From: the human T2T-CHM13v2.0 reference genome, Homo sapiens
Assembly (NCBI RefSeq): GCF_009914755.1
Contig: NC_060929.1
Reading direction: 5' to 3' (one strand)
Length of the DNA: 64,000 nucleotides
Positions 52,116-64,000 of this stretch are shown piece by piece. Each line of letters opens with the position of its first letter. Position 1 is the stretch's first letter. The notes beneath the pieces are model-generated. The model did not search any database and was not told the origin of the DNA. It saw only the letters and a list, made by a program, of their open reading frames with translations. The position numbers and the translations under genes were made by a program.

Positions 52116-52480
52116 TTCATCACCTAAAAATTCCTACTGTCAACCCTTGATATGTATGTTCCAAATTATTTTTAATGCACATATGCTTACCTGGTTCCAT
52201 TTTATTTTTCAAAAATGGATATCATTTTTAATGTCTTTGCCACTTAAAATATATATTAACTTTCTCCTAGTAATTAAAGATTTTTCCACAATATGCAGTT
52301 CAGTTTGCACACCACTTTGTGTGAATGAACGGAAATGCATTTAAGCAGTATTTTATTGATAAATATCTACACCCTTTTCAATTTTTTATTGTATTGAAGG
52401 GGTATAATGAACATTACTGTAGCTAGCCTTTTCATACAGTTATGTTTACCTCATTAAGATAAATTTCTAAAAACAGAATC
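52116..52480 (-). mobile_element. L1ME 3' fragment (probable host of the L1 nest; other part ~39870-39950)
   Basis: Reverse L1ME-like ACTGTCAAC..TTG..TGTA, TATAATGAACAT, GATAAATTTCTA. Confidence 0.45.
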
Positions 52481-53091
52481 ATTATTATAACAAGAACTAA
52501 TTACTCCATATTACTCACATGCAAGAGATAACTTGTATATTTATTTTCTTAGATCAAATCGAATCCAGTCCTGAGTCCCAACTGGCTTCAATATTTATCA
52601 TTCTGCCAATTTCTTTACCACTCCCTTCAGTTATAAATTCCCTGAATTTAGTGCATCCCAGAAAAGTGGGGCAAGGCCTCTATGGTCCTCAGTGCTTTGA
52701 TATTGTCACTACCACTCCTCCTGACACATACTGTCAAATGAGTGGTTGGTTATCCACCTGATTTGGGCATAGCCACTTTAGAGTCCTCCTGAGTTCCACT
52801 CCAGCCAGTTGACAAGTAAGTAACCTTGAACTCAGTTTGGGTTGTCAATCTCCCCAGTCTTGGAAACCAGCCCACCGGACAAGATGGAGGTGATGAGTGT
52901 TCAGCCCTGACAAGCATCCATTCAGGTAGCCCCTATAGGAGGTAGAACTACCTTAAGCCACTGCATTGAGAAATGTGGGTTTCTGTCCCAGGAGCCCACA
53001 AAGCCCTAAGTTTTCTCTGATAATCCAATCAATCCTATGTCTAGTCAAATTGACCCACCTCCACAGGAGCTTTGCATGATCCCAACAACCA

Positions 53092-53312
53092 CAGTGTCTT
53101 CAACTAGGGGGGGATTTTACCACCCCCAAATCAAAGGACATCCGGTAATGTCTAGAAACATTTTTGTTGTCATAACTGGGAGAGGGGACTTCTGAATTCT
53201 GTGGGTAGTGGCCAGGGATACTGCTAAACACTTTACAATGCACAGGACTACCTCCTACAAGAAATAATTGTCTGTCACAAAATGTCAGTAATGCTGAGAG
53301 TGAGGAACCTTG
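53092..53312 (+). mobile_element. MER20 hAT-Charlie element, full length
   Basis: AATGTCTAGAAACATTTTTGTTGTCATAACTGGG...GGCCAGGGATACTGCTAAACA...AAAATGTCAGTAATGCTGAG. Confidence 0.88.
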
Positions 53313-53569
53313 CTCTAAACATATATCATTTATTTCACATTTCAGTAATGTCAGCAGCCCCTACTTTGTTTGTTTTGTAAGGTCCTCATGGTGAGAGGAC
53401 TGTCTGAGAAACATGTCTGTCTCTGTCTCTCACAGCTCCTGTTCCCACACCTTATGTATAGTTGGCTTTCAGTGATTTTGTATTACCTGGCAAATCCCAC
53501 TGTAAAATGCCAAATTATAAAAGGAGGATGCCTCAAAACAAGCTAAATCTTCCTGGCACCCACTTTTTA

Positions 53570-53740
53570 GATTAGTTGTCTTGACTCTGGCCACAATATA
53601 ATAATCTGGAGAGCCTTTAAAAATGTCCATATCCAGGCTTCTCCCAGACCAACTGAGACCAAAACTTGGCATAGGCCTGGACATAGACATTTACAAAATC
53701 TTTCCAGTGGCCAATATGCAGCCAGGGTCGAGATTCCTCC
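53570..53740. mobile_element. MER5A1-like hAT element
   Basis: CTGGAGAGCCTTTAAAAATG...CAGACCAA...AATATGCAGCCAGGGTCGAGA. Confidence 0.6.
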
Positions 53741-54324
53741 GTTAGACTGTCTTTCAGGTCTGCCTGTCTATTCTCACCTCCCATCTCTCAGCACACACGT
53801 GAACCCATCGTCTGTAAATAACGCTAGGGTATTCACAAATAAATATAAAAGAAAAAGAGTAGAGCTACAAACCTTACTCCTCTCAGATAGATTTGCTTTA
53901 GAAATAGGAATCAAAGTCTTAAGCTACAGCCTTAGGCTCTGATGGAATGTGGTTAAGGGCTCATCCAGTGAGTAAAGGAGGCATTGTGGAACTGGAAGCC
54001 ATTTCTACCATTCTGAGTATTTGGGGGGATTTTTCTTCCTCCTGTGGCTGAAATTGACCCTTAATTTAGAGGGCATTACGTTGTACCTAGTAGTGCTCAG
54101 AGCTGTCCAACAATTTCCTCAATTAACTACCCTAAATTTTGGAGCCAGAAAAGTCTGTGTTCAAGTCACAGACAAAGATTTCTCCATTTCTTTTCCTTGG
54201 TTGTGACAATTACATAACATCACTAAGGTGAAAAAGAAAAAAACTCCAGGACTTGACCTTGTTAATAATGCGTATTTTTCTTACACTCTCCCTCTCCATC
54301 ACCATTTTCTTCTCTCTCACAATT

Positions 54325-55030
54325 TCTTTCTTTCTTCCATTTATTCAACACATACTGCCTGAGCACCTACTCTGAGATATTCACTAGTCTAGGGGCAATG
54401 AAAAAGACAGATGAAGTCCCTGATCTCATATCTCTTGCATTGTAGTGAGGATGAGGGAACAGAGACTGACAGTGCACAGGAAGCAAAGAGTAATTAAGAT
54501 AACATCTGACAATGATTAATACTGTGAAGGAAACAAGCCAAAGTGAATGGTTAAATGGTGACATGTTGTAGAGGCAGTGCTTTGGTCAGTGTGGTCTAGG
54601 ATGGTCTGTCTAACTGATGAGGTGTCATTTGAATAGACAACTGAATAAGAATGAACCTCACTGTGAAGATCTGGAGGGAAACTATTCTAGGTATTAACAG
54701 CAAGGTCAAAGGCCCTGAGCTCGGAGTTTTTAAGGATAGAAGAAAGTTTTGTATGGCTGGGATGTGGTAAATATGGAATAAAGATAAGAACTGTGATTGC
54801 AGAGGTTAACAGGAATCAGATGGTGCAAGATCTCGTAGGCCACATGGGTGTTTAGATTTTATTTTATGCATAAGGAGGCCATTACAAGCAGAAGTAACAT
54901 TGTTTCATGTACATTATAAACAATCTCTCTGGCTGCACCTAGGTAAGGAAGAACTGGGGTACAACAGTGTCTCCAGGATGGCCAGGATATTGCTACAATA
55001 ATCCAGGCAGAGCATGGTAGAGGCTTGAAT
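54325..55030 (-). mobile_element. L2a-like LINE 3' fragment
   Basis: ATTTATTCAACA..TGAGCACCTACT...CAAAGGCCCTGAG...GTAGGCCA..TTTAGATTTTATT. Confidence 0.8.
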
Positions 55031-55279
55031 GCCCAGTTTCCTCTCTGAAAGGAAATGAAGGGTCAATGCCTAAATAAACAGAAGAAAGTATCTGGATCTG
55101 TGGAAAACAGGCATGTGGATTCTGAGATCCGCATGAATCGACTCACCAAATTTGGTCACAAATCTAGTTGTATATGAGAAGTGGCAGATGGAGGTAGTAA
55201 GGATGAAAGGAATGTTTCCTGTGAGATACTGATAGTATAAGATATTGAACTTGAACATGAAAAATTAATCATAGAGTCT

Positions 55280-55610
55280 TTTTTCTTCAGTTCTATTGAG
55301 ACAATTGACAAAATTTTATATATTTAAAGATGTGCAATGTGATGATTTGATATACAGGTACATTGTGAAATGATTAACCTAATAAAGCTAATTACTATAT
55401 CCATCACCTTACATAGTTATCACCCTTTTTGTGTGTGTGGTGAGAATACTTAAGATCTGCCCGCTTAGCAGACTTCCAGTATTCCATATGCTATTATTAC
55501 CTATAGTCACCATTCTGTACATTAGATCTCCAGAACCTATTCATTTTGTACCCTTTGACCCACATCTCATTACCCCATCCTCCAGCTTCTGGTAACCATT
55601 CCTCTACTTT
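55280..55610 (-). mobile_element. L1MA9-like 3' end
   Basis: TACATTGTGAAATGATT, TCCATCACCTTACATAGTTA, GTGGTGAGAA.ACTTAAGATCT, TGTACATTAGATCTCCAGAAC. Confidence 0.85.
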
Positions 55611-55611
55611 T

Positions 55612-55775
55612 CATAGACTCTTGAAGTTAGAAGTCACCCTAGAAATTATGCCCAAACTTCCCATGGCATCACTGGAAAGACTGAGTCTCAGAGTGGTCTT
55701 CACTTGCCCAAGGTCACACAGTAAGGTGGTGCCAGAAACCAGCTCTCCCATCTGCCACCTAGGACTCTTTTTGGT
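55612..55775 (-). mobile_element. MIR fragment
   Basis: ACTGAGTCTCAGAG...ACTTGCCCAAGGTCACACAG. Confidence 0.75.
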
Positions 55776-56479
55776 GTGATCACCTTTAGGCATCAGAGTA
55801 AACCTATTTCAATATAAAACCTATGATGAGCCAGAGGAAGAACACACTTCTGGATGTTCCTTCATTCACTGTTCCTCTCCCCTTCCCATCATCCCTGAAT
55901 CAGGCTGCTTTCTGCTCAGTTCCCTATTATTCCAGGGGGTGGGGACACACCCTGCCTCTTCCTGGGTGCTGCCACTGTGTTCAGGTGTTCTTTTAGAAAA
56001 CATAATCACTACCCTTTGATGATGCAGATTGCATCCTTTCTCCACCCGCCTGCTTTTCCTTTTCCTGACTCACTGTTTCTGTCCTGTTGGGGGCTGAGCA
56101 AGGGTGAAGTGCTGCCATGGCCTCACCTCTGCCAGCTTCCTGCTTGCTGGAGCTTCCAAACAAACTCTGGATTTATCTAGGGTAGCAAGTGTTTCATCAG
56201 TGTGGTGCTAACAGGCTGCTATGGGATGGGATGGGAAGGCAGGGAGAAAGCAATCATGGACTGAGATGTAATATTCAAGATTACTGATCAAAATAATTTA
56301 TCTCCTCTCCTCACAGCTGAGCCTTCCTTGGACAAAGAAATTCTCAAGTGCCCTCTGAGATTAAGAGATCTTCTTTATACATACATCATTTGATAGTTCT
56401 CAGCACTTTTCACGTAATCTGTGATTTTCTGACATCTGTATCCCACACCCCACCCTAAATAAATAACTTCTTCTCTGTT

Positions 56480-56680
56480 CTGTGGCATATTTTTTTTTGG
56501 TACAAACTTCAATTGTGTCATCACACTATTTTGAAATGATGTATTTGTCTTTCTTCCCTATTGGAATGTGAGTATTTCCAGTGTGGGCAGAAACTGTGCC
56601 TTCTTTGTCTTAATATCAACAGCCCCTAGAAGCGTGCCTGTCATATAATAGGTAGTACCAAATAAATGTGTGTTGATTTC
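56480..56680 (+). mobile_element. L2 3'-end fragment
   Basis: GAATGTGAG...GGGCAG...AGCCCCTAGAAGCGTGCCTG.CATATAATAGG..CAAATAAATG. Confidence 0.7.
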
Positions 56681-56707
56681 CATGAGTTGTCCTTAGGAGT
56701 CCTCTAA

Positions 56708-56876
56708 GTCTTGTTACCCAAAATATGATCTAGAGACTCACAGTTTTAGCACCATCCAGAAGCTATTTAGAAATGCAGACTCTCATCCCCTGTCCCAGAC
56801 CTAGAGATTCAGAATCTGCATTTTAACAAAATCCCCAGGGGCATTAATATATACATTAAAGTTTGAGAAGTACTGC
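56708..56876. mobile_element. MER5A hAT element
   Basis: TTAGAAATGCAGA.TCTCA.CCCC..CCCAGACCTA...AATCTGCATTTTAACAA..TCCCCAGG...AAAGTTTGAGAAG.ACTG. Confidence 0.8.
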
Positions 56877-56887
56877 ATCTAAAACAG

Positions 56888-57015
56888 CTCCATTTTGCAA
56901 AGGGAAAAAATTGAAGCCCAGAAACAGGAATGGACGTGTCCAAGTTTATTCAGCCTGTTGGTGGCAAAGCTGTGGGCAGAACCTAGTTCTTGCGTCTATG
57001 TCTAATGCTTTTGTC
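56888..57015 (-). mobile_element. MIR fragment
   Basis: CCCATTTTGCA..GG.AAAA.TGAAGCCCAGA...TGTCCAAG. Confidence 0.65.
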
Positions 57016-57489
57016 ACTTCCCAGTCTGTCTCTCTGCTTTGCTATCCCCAGAGTCTGACTCATCCTCAGGAGGAATTTGTACAGACTTAAAAATGAGAGC
57101 TCAAAGGCCACAGAATAATTTTTTGTCATTTTAAAGCCTAGTATCCATTATCTCCCATAAACAGAGTCTACCTTGTGTAATTTGAGGAGCCACTGAGACA
57201 CCCTTGCCTTGTCTTTCATCTCCATCTCATGCGGGGCCTAAAGTTTCACCATTAGAAATCAAATATTTGGTCTTTAGAGGTAAATACCCTTGAGAGAGGA
57301 AATGAGTGAAAGGCTTGACAATTTCTACCTTAGTGGGAGATTATTGTATTCCTAGCTAAGAGGGAGCAGGTGCTGAGTCTAAGAATATAGGCTTAGGAAT
57401 TTGATTGAACCAGGCACCCCTGGGTGACCTTGGTCAACACAGTAGTCACCGTCAGTTCGCTAAATATTTTACATTCTTCATGGGGATGT

Positions 57490-57810
57490 ATTATAAGATT
57501 GGACGCTCCTGCTCCTGGGAAGGAGATGTGGCCTTCTGTTCATTGAGAGATTAGAAAAAAAGAAACACATGTCATTTCTGGGTGAAACATTTAACAGCCA
57601 GTGCATATTTTGACCACACCATCTCTTTCCCTCTGCCTCATCAACTGACAATAATTTGGAGACTCCTCTCTGTTGGCCTGGGTGCTGGGATGAGTACATG
57701 TAAAATGTATCTTCCAGAGAACCTAGGATGGACAGGAAAATGAGCAAGAAATACACCATAATTATTTAAAGTAACTGAAGTTCAGAGTCCTTTGTGTTAC
57801 CTGCTTTTTG
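57490..57810 (+). mobile_element. Ancient MLT1 (J/K-like) LTR fragment
   Basis: ATGTCATTTCTGGGTGAAACATTTAACAGCCAGTG...CTCTTTCCCTCTGCC. Confidence 0.5.
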
Positions 57811-57829
57811 TTACCCATTCTGATTTGTA

Positions 57830-57978
57830 TGGACAAAGTACTTTACCTATCTGCTTCAATTTTCTGATCTATAAATGGGATAATAACTACCTACTTGGAA
57901 GGCTGTTTATGAAGATTAAGTGATAGAACATATAACATGCTCTATATAATGCCTGGTTCACAGAAGGAGCTCAGTAAC
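57830..57978 (+). mobile_element. MIR fragment
   Basis: TTTTCTGATCTATAAATGGGATAATA..ACCTAC...GAAGATTAAGTGA...GCCTGG. Confidence 0.75.
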
Positions 57979-58554
57979 TCTTCTACCCACTTCCTTTAGA
58001 TGGTTGAAAATAAGTCTTCGAAGAGTCACAGTATAGACAGAAATTGGTGGGGAGGGAATGAGAAATAATGAGAAAGAATACCAGTGCAGGCTGTTTGTGC
58101 GGATTGGGAGAGATTAAGTTCTCAGGGTATCATGCAAAGGATTCTGTGATACATTTATCTGAGTCAAATAATATTAAAAATGAATGCCATTTATGTTTTC
58201 TAGGAGAAAGAGAGTCACAAAGAGGAACCATGTAATTTGTTGAGGGGTGAACTTAGAGAAAGATGGATAGGATGATAGTATCTACATTACATGTATTGTA
58301 TTTACTGTCACTCTACCCCCAAATCCTATCTAAATTTCTGACATCTTTCAAGACTCAGATCCAATATCACCAGATCTATGATTTCTAGCTTCCCGGCTAT
58401 AATGTATGCTTTCTCTGAATTTCTGTGATATACAACCTGAATGATATGTGTCTTCCATTAGACTATGGGCTTCCTCCTGTTTAGACAATAGCCTCATCTA
58501 ATTCATCTTTGTGTTCTCTAAAGTATACAGTAGGGAAAGTGCCTGTAATGATAG

Positions 58555-58762
58555 GAGCTTCTGTTTATTCACACAGGCCTGCACAGAGCACTTTAATCCC
58601 CCAGTATTCATTTAATCTCTTAGTAACCCCAGGAAATAGATTCTATTATTATTTCCACTTTACAGGTGAGGCATAAAGGCTGGGAGGAGTTTTTAAAGTG
58701 GCTCAAGTTTACCCAGTCTTATAGTAGAACTTATGTACAAACTCATGTCTCTCTGACTTGAC
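58555..58762 (-). mobile_element. MIR SINE
   Basis: TCATTTAATCTC...CTATTATTATTTCCACTTTACAGGTGAGG. Confidence 0.75.
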
Positions 58763-60929
58763 AGCCTTTTTTTTTTTATGGACAACATCTTTAATCAGTG
58801 TTTGTTGAATGGATGGATGAAAGAGAAATAGTGGCTGTAAGCTATTTTTAATGCACAGATCAGGACCAATTCTCCTCCCCTGTCTGCCTTGCTGAATGTC
58901 TGAGCACCCATGTTTGATATTTTAAGGAATATGCTAAGGTATTAGAGAGCAAAAAAGAAGTGCAGAAAATTCACTCAAGATAACTTCCTTTTTTTTTTTC
59001 CATTTAGCTAAGATAAAGCCCCACTTATTCATCTCCCAGTTTTTTTTTCTGCAGAGCATGAAGGCATGTAAAGACCAAAAGGGAATGGGAAGAACATTAT
59101 AAATGAGAGATTTAAAGCAAACTATGACTTCAAAGAAAGACAAGAACTTATAAAAATGCTCTAAAGGCTGATGGTTTAAAGTAAATGGGTAAATTTCAAT
59201 GTGATGGTTTAGAAGGTTCATCTCACCCCCAAGCTCTTGATTTGAACGAACTTTTATCAGGTTGTTCCAGTGTAGGTTCTCTTAACTTGTATCTCATTTG
59301 ACTGAGATAGCTTCATTGGCCCATAGCAAGTTAGCCTAAAGATGACTTCAAGGTCCTAATGCACTGGACTCTCATCCCCATCTTCCAGAAGACCCACTAT
59401 CAGCCTCATACGGTTCACTAGCAGATGAAGCCTTAAGAAAAAGCAGAGCTTCATATTCCCAATCCAGTGACCCTTTCATATTGACTTCTAGAGATCAAGA
59501 TCTATTCTCAGAGAAATCTGCCTATTGATGAACTATGACTCAAAAATAGGTCTAACTACGGAGAACTACTGTTAGCAAATTCTTTCATCAGAGTCCCTAT
59601 AAAGCTTCTATTACAAATAATCATAATGGATTAGCTAGACTCAGATTCTGAACTTTCTCAAGAATTGTCATCCTTCCCAAATATCGATTGAGGTTGGATT
59701 CCTGCTAAGAAACGCAAGTGAAATTTGAGCACATCATTGCTTCCTGGCAGGCAATAAAGGTCATAATAAATTAAGATGATCGGAGTCTCATCAGATGACT
59801 ATAGACACCAATATATAGGTAAATATATTTCTCATTTCTAAGTGTGCTAAATGTTATCCCTGTTAATGGACATTGGCTTGAGTTCGATAGAGAACCAGAC
59901 ATAGTCATAGATATGAATCCAAGCATAGGCAACAAAGGGTGTGCCACTGACCTGAGTTCCATTTGTGGTTTATTAATTCAATGTTTAATGCTGACTATGA
60001 AAGACAAACAAATACTGGGCTAAATATTGTGTAGTTAGGAGGAAAAAGAAAGGTCAAAGATCAAAATAAATCTAAATATATCAACGTCAAAGGTCAACCC
60101 AATCCTCAAAAGGCACCTCAAAAAGTCGATTTAGGGGTAAAATAAAATATATACAAATAACAGAAGGGGGATGATAAAAATTTAACTCCCTTTTTTCTTC
60201 TGGGTGGGGCATAATTATGTACATTAGGTCCTAAGAACTGATAAGAGATGAAATTCTTCTGCAAGTCAGGAGGAGAAGAGTTTGGGGTCCCTAGGGACAA
60301 TTTCATTTCAGGAGCAAATGCCAGTGAAATGTGAGTTATTATTGCTTCTATGGTCCCATCTCTACCCACAAGATGTCAAATATAAATCTCCAATAGATAA
60401 ACATTTCTTGAATTTATATAAAAAAAGCACCTTCTCGACTATTTTAATAGTCTCATCCAATAAAATGTTACCAGACTTACCTTCTAATGTTCTAATTATA
60501 TCACTCAACTTCTGCAAAGGCTTTAAAATGTATCCCTTTGTCTTCCAACAGGAAGAAAGATAAAGAATAAAAACAACAACCAGAAAAAAAATTCCACACA
60601 ATAAAATAAAACAAAGCAAAAATGCCCAAATCTGGCATTTTAGATTTCCTATACCAAACCCCAACCTTCTTTATCTTCTACCATATCTTTATTTCAGTTC
60701 CTCAATCCTGCTTCCTTATATGTGGCCTGCCCTTTCTGTTGCAATACTTTTTCTCAGGCTGTATTTCCCACCTGGAGTACTCCTCACTCCATTCTCTATA
60801 CGTGGAAGGCTTAATCCTTCCCTTAGATCTCATACCTTATCTTCTTCAAAAGACTTCCCCAATGCTTACAGTAGTTTCCAGTAATTATACCTTAATATTT
60901 TTAGGCAATTTATTTAATCTCTCTGTTTT

Positions 60930-61075
60930 CTAGTTTCTTCATATATAGAAATGAATAATAATAGTATCTACTTCATAGTGATATGGTGATGATGGAATGA
61001 AATAAAACATGTAAAACACTCAAAACACAGCATGGTACACAATCAGCATTTAAAAGGATTAGTTTTAAGAGTAGT
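60930..61075 (+). mobile_element. MIR 3' half
   Basis: AGTTTCTTCAT...ATAATAGTATCTACTTCATAG...CATGTAAAACACTCAAAACA. Confidence 0.75.
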
Positions 61076-61111
61076 GATGATATTTGTGTTATTTATTATT
61101 ATTTTATTAAT

Positions 61112-61678
<567 letters not shown>

Positions 61679-62234
61679 TTTGTATTGATACTTTTCTGTT
61701 CTGTCTCTGAATTTTACACCTCTATTTGAGCCTTGATATACTCAGTGGGCCTTTGGTTATAGCCACAATCCTTCACTAAGTTGTAAGCCCACAATGGTAA
61801 GGGGCAATGTCATATTCATTTTTCTCTCTAGTATTGTCCAGTGCCAGGGGGATAGCCTGACATTTAGCATGGACTTGATGAATAATTGTTAAATCTTACT
61901 GAACATGTATATTATATGTGTCATACAAGGTACAACTTAAACTCAAAAGAGGCTAATGGCAGCATTAGTCTGAAGGATTAGCTAATGCTTTACAGGCTAA
62001 ATTGAGTCAGACAGAAGAAAATATATTTTCATCAATGCTGAAGAATTTCATTTACAAGGTTAATGAAGAAAAATGCAGTAGTTTGTGTGTATGTGTCTAT
62101 GTGTGTTCATTTGTTTCTTCTTCCAATTTTAGTTATCTCCTTCTCTAGAATCCTCATTTTGTGCCAAAGGCTCAGTCAGGACAAGGGTATAATTTTGTCT
62201 AAGGAGCGAAGGAGTAGAAAAAAGGATAATGCGT

Positions 62235-62590
62235 AGGATGTAGGGAATCAAAATCTCCCATACTCTGCTACTGAGAATATAATTTGGTGCCTTTTACAAT
62301 CAGCAGCATATATTAAAAGCTTTCAAATGAGCATCATCTTTGACCCAGCAATTTTTCCACTAGGAATTTATTCTACAGAAATCATAAAAAAATGTGAATG
62401 AGGAAGACTATACAAGAATAATATTTGTTAGTTGGAAATAAACTAAGTTACTGAAGTGAAGGATAAGTTATGTAAATTATGGCACATCCACGTATTAGAA
62501 TATTGTGCAGAAATTAACTTCATGTCATTAAAGAATAACATGGTTGAATGTTTAACATAATTGGAAAATGATTAAAGGGAGCTACAAAGG
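62235..62590 (+). mobile_element. L1ME 3' fragment
   Basis: CTTTGACCCAGCAATT..CCACTAGGAATTTATTCTACAGAAAT, TAAATTATGG.ACATCCA. Confidence 0.7.
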
Positions 62591-62610
62591 TTTGTGTTTC
62601 TTATAGTTTA

Positions 62611-62634
62611 TAGATAGACAGATAGATAGATAGA
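62611..62634 (+). repeat. Short (TAGA)n tract
   Basis: TAGATAGACAGATAGATAGATAGA. Confidence 0.8.
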
Positions 62635-64000
62635 AAAACAGACAGGAAAAGCCCCCAGTCATTCACAAAAAAATCCATGGAAATGGAATTGAAATTTAAT
62701 AGAACAAGAGTAAGAAATTTGGCTCCTGACAATAACTTTCCCCGATTCATCAAAGGAAGATGCCAGAAGCCCTAACTAACATAATAATGATTTTAGAATC
62801 ATGTGCCAAAAGGATACAACCATGAGCATGGATGTATATAATGTATGTTCATAGCTATATGAATACATTTCAATTTATGTATTTGTATGATACCACATCG
62901 TGCAATAAGATGAATAGATATTCATTAATTCTGAAGGATGTGCTTAAGAGAGTATGACTTTAAAATATGAGCTACTTGGAGTCCTGGGGAGGATCCCACA
63001 GAAAAAAGCAGATCTCTTCAAGAGGGGCTAAAAAGAAGATTCAGGGAGAAGCCAAGTGACTCTTACTCTTAGAGGTAATCCATACCCATTAAGATACCAC
63101 AAAGAAAACACACCATAATTTTAAATAAGAATCCAACTCATCATAAAACCAGAGGCCCAAATTTCAGGGCTTTATTTGCCACTGAGCTGCTTTTCACAAG
63201 GTAAGTGCCCCAGGAAAAAAAGATGTGGCAAGAAGTGCTTTACTTAGCAATGATTGAAGATCTTCTAGCCAACAGTGTGGAGTGTGGCCAGTATCTCCAC
63301 AATTAATGAGGAGTGAACATGTGAGTTCTGACTGTCTAATGTCTTGATTTCCCACAATAGAGGCAAAGTCAAAATGTGAAGGGATGGGGACCTAGATAAT
63401 AATTTCACCTGCTTTAGGATTTCCCCTACTACTAACCTGAAGAAATATGGAAGATGTAGTTTAATGTCACTGTATGTACTCTAGTATGAAGAAAAGCCAT
63501 TCTTTATTCACATTTTTGAAGGCCACATTTAGGTCATAAATCTCTTTAAAAATGTGATTTTTATTTTGTTTTCCCATTACTTTCCTATTGAAATGGGCTA
63601 TCTCATGTTCATGCACTTGGAGTTCCAAGCAGGTTTTTGCCCAACATCTATTCTGGAGAGGATTTCACCCTTGAGTGAGTTTAGACTGGATGACACTGGA
63701 GGAGCTGTCTTCACTCAAAAATCTTATAGTTCCCTACCTTCCATAGCTTTCTATCAATGACTGTTTATTTGTTATTCTAGGCACTCTTGCTGCACTAGAA
63801 TATTTATACGGACTCCCCACATTGCTAGGGCAGGAAACAGACTTGCCCCAGCTTTTCTTATTAAAGGCATATTATGTACACAATTAAACTCAACAGGTGA
63901 GAAATACAAGACCACAGCTAAGAGTGTTGGCCTGTTGCCCAGGCTCCTTAAAAAAGCTGTATCAAGAAGAGTTTATTAGGGAAGACTAGGAATCTCCTAG

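Noticed and set aside
52640-53090. GC-richer segment, possibly an ancient LTR/ERV piece
   Set aside because: Could not match it to any family with confidence
59346-59528. ~60-codon stop-free frame in unique DNA (possible exon or endogenous viral fragment)
   Set aside because: No start codon or convincing splice pair, and no similarity I can recognise; TBLASTX would be needed

Overview
Repeat-rich primate genomic DNA. AluY and L1PA2-type elements point to human or a great ape. It looks intronic or intergenic, and I cannot identify the locus. I find no supportable protein-coding gene, RNA gene or CpG island; the ORF-track entries are mostly Alu/L1/LTR-derived or look random. More than half the window is transposon fossil: 10 Alus, several L1s (a ~12 kb L1-in-L1 nest at 39.9-52.1 kb), MaLR/ERVL/ERV1 LTRs, hAT/Tigger DNA transposons, MIR and L2. 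I found no new biological system. The best observations are mechanistic scars: (1) AluY then L1PA2 inserted serially at one endonuclease site, leaving three target copies; (2) a poly(A)-less, TSD-flanked, 3'-truncated Alu consistent with internal priming; (3) a ~110 bp alternating inverted-repeat insertion with a 32 bp perfect palindrome; (4) a perfect 37 bp tandem duplication in an old L1; (5) several nested insertions; (6) a convergent CTCF motif pair. Subfamily names come from recalled consensus sequences and need RepeatMasker/Dfam confirmation. Boundaries of old elements are approximate.
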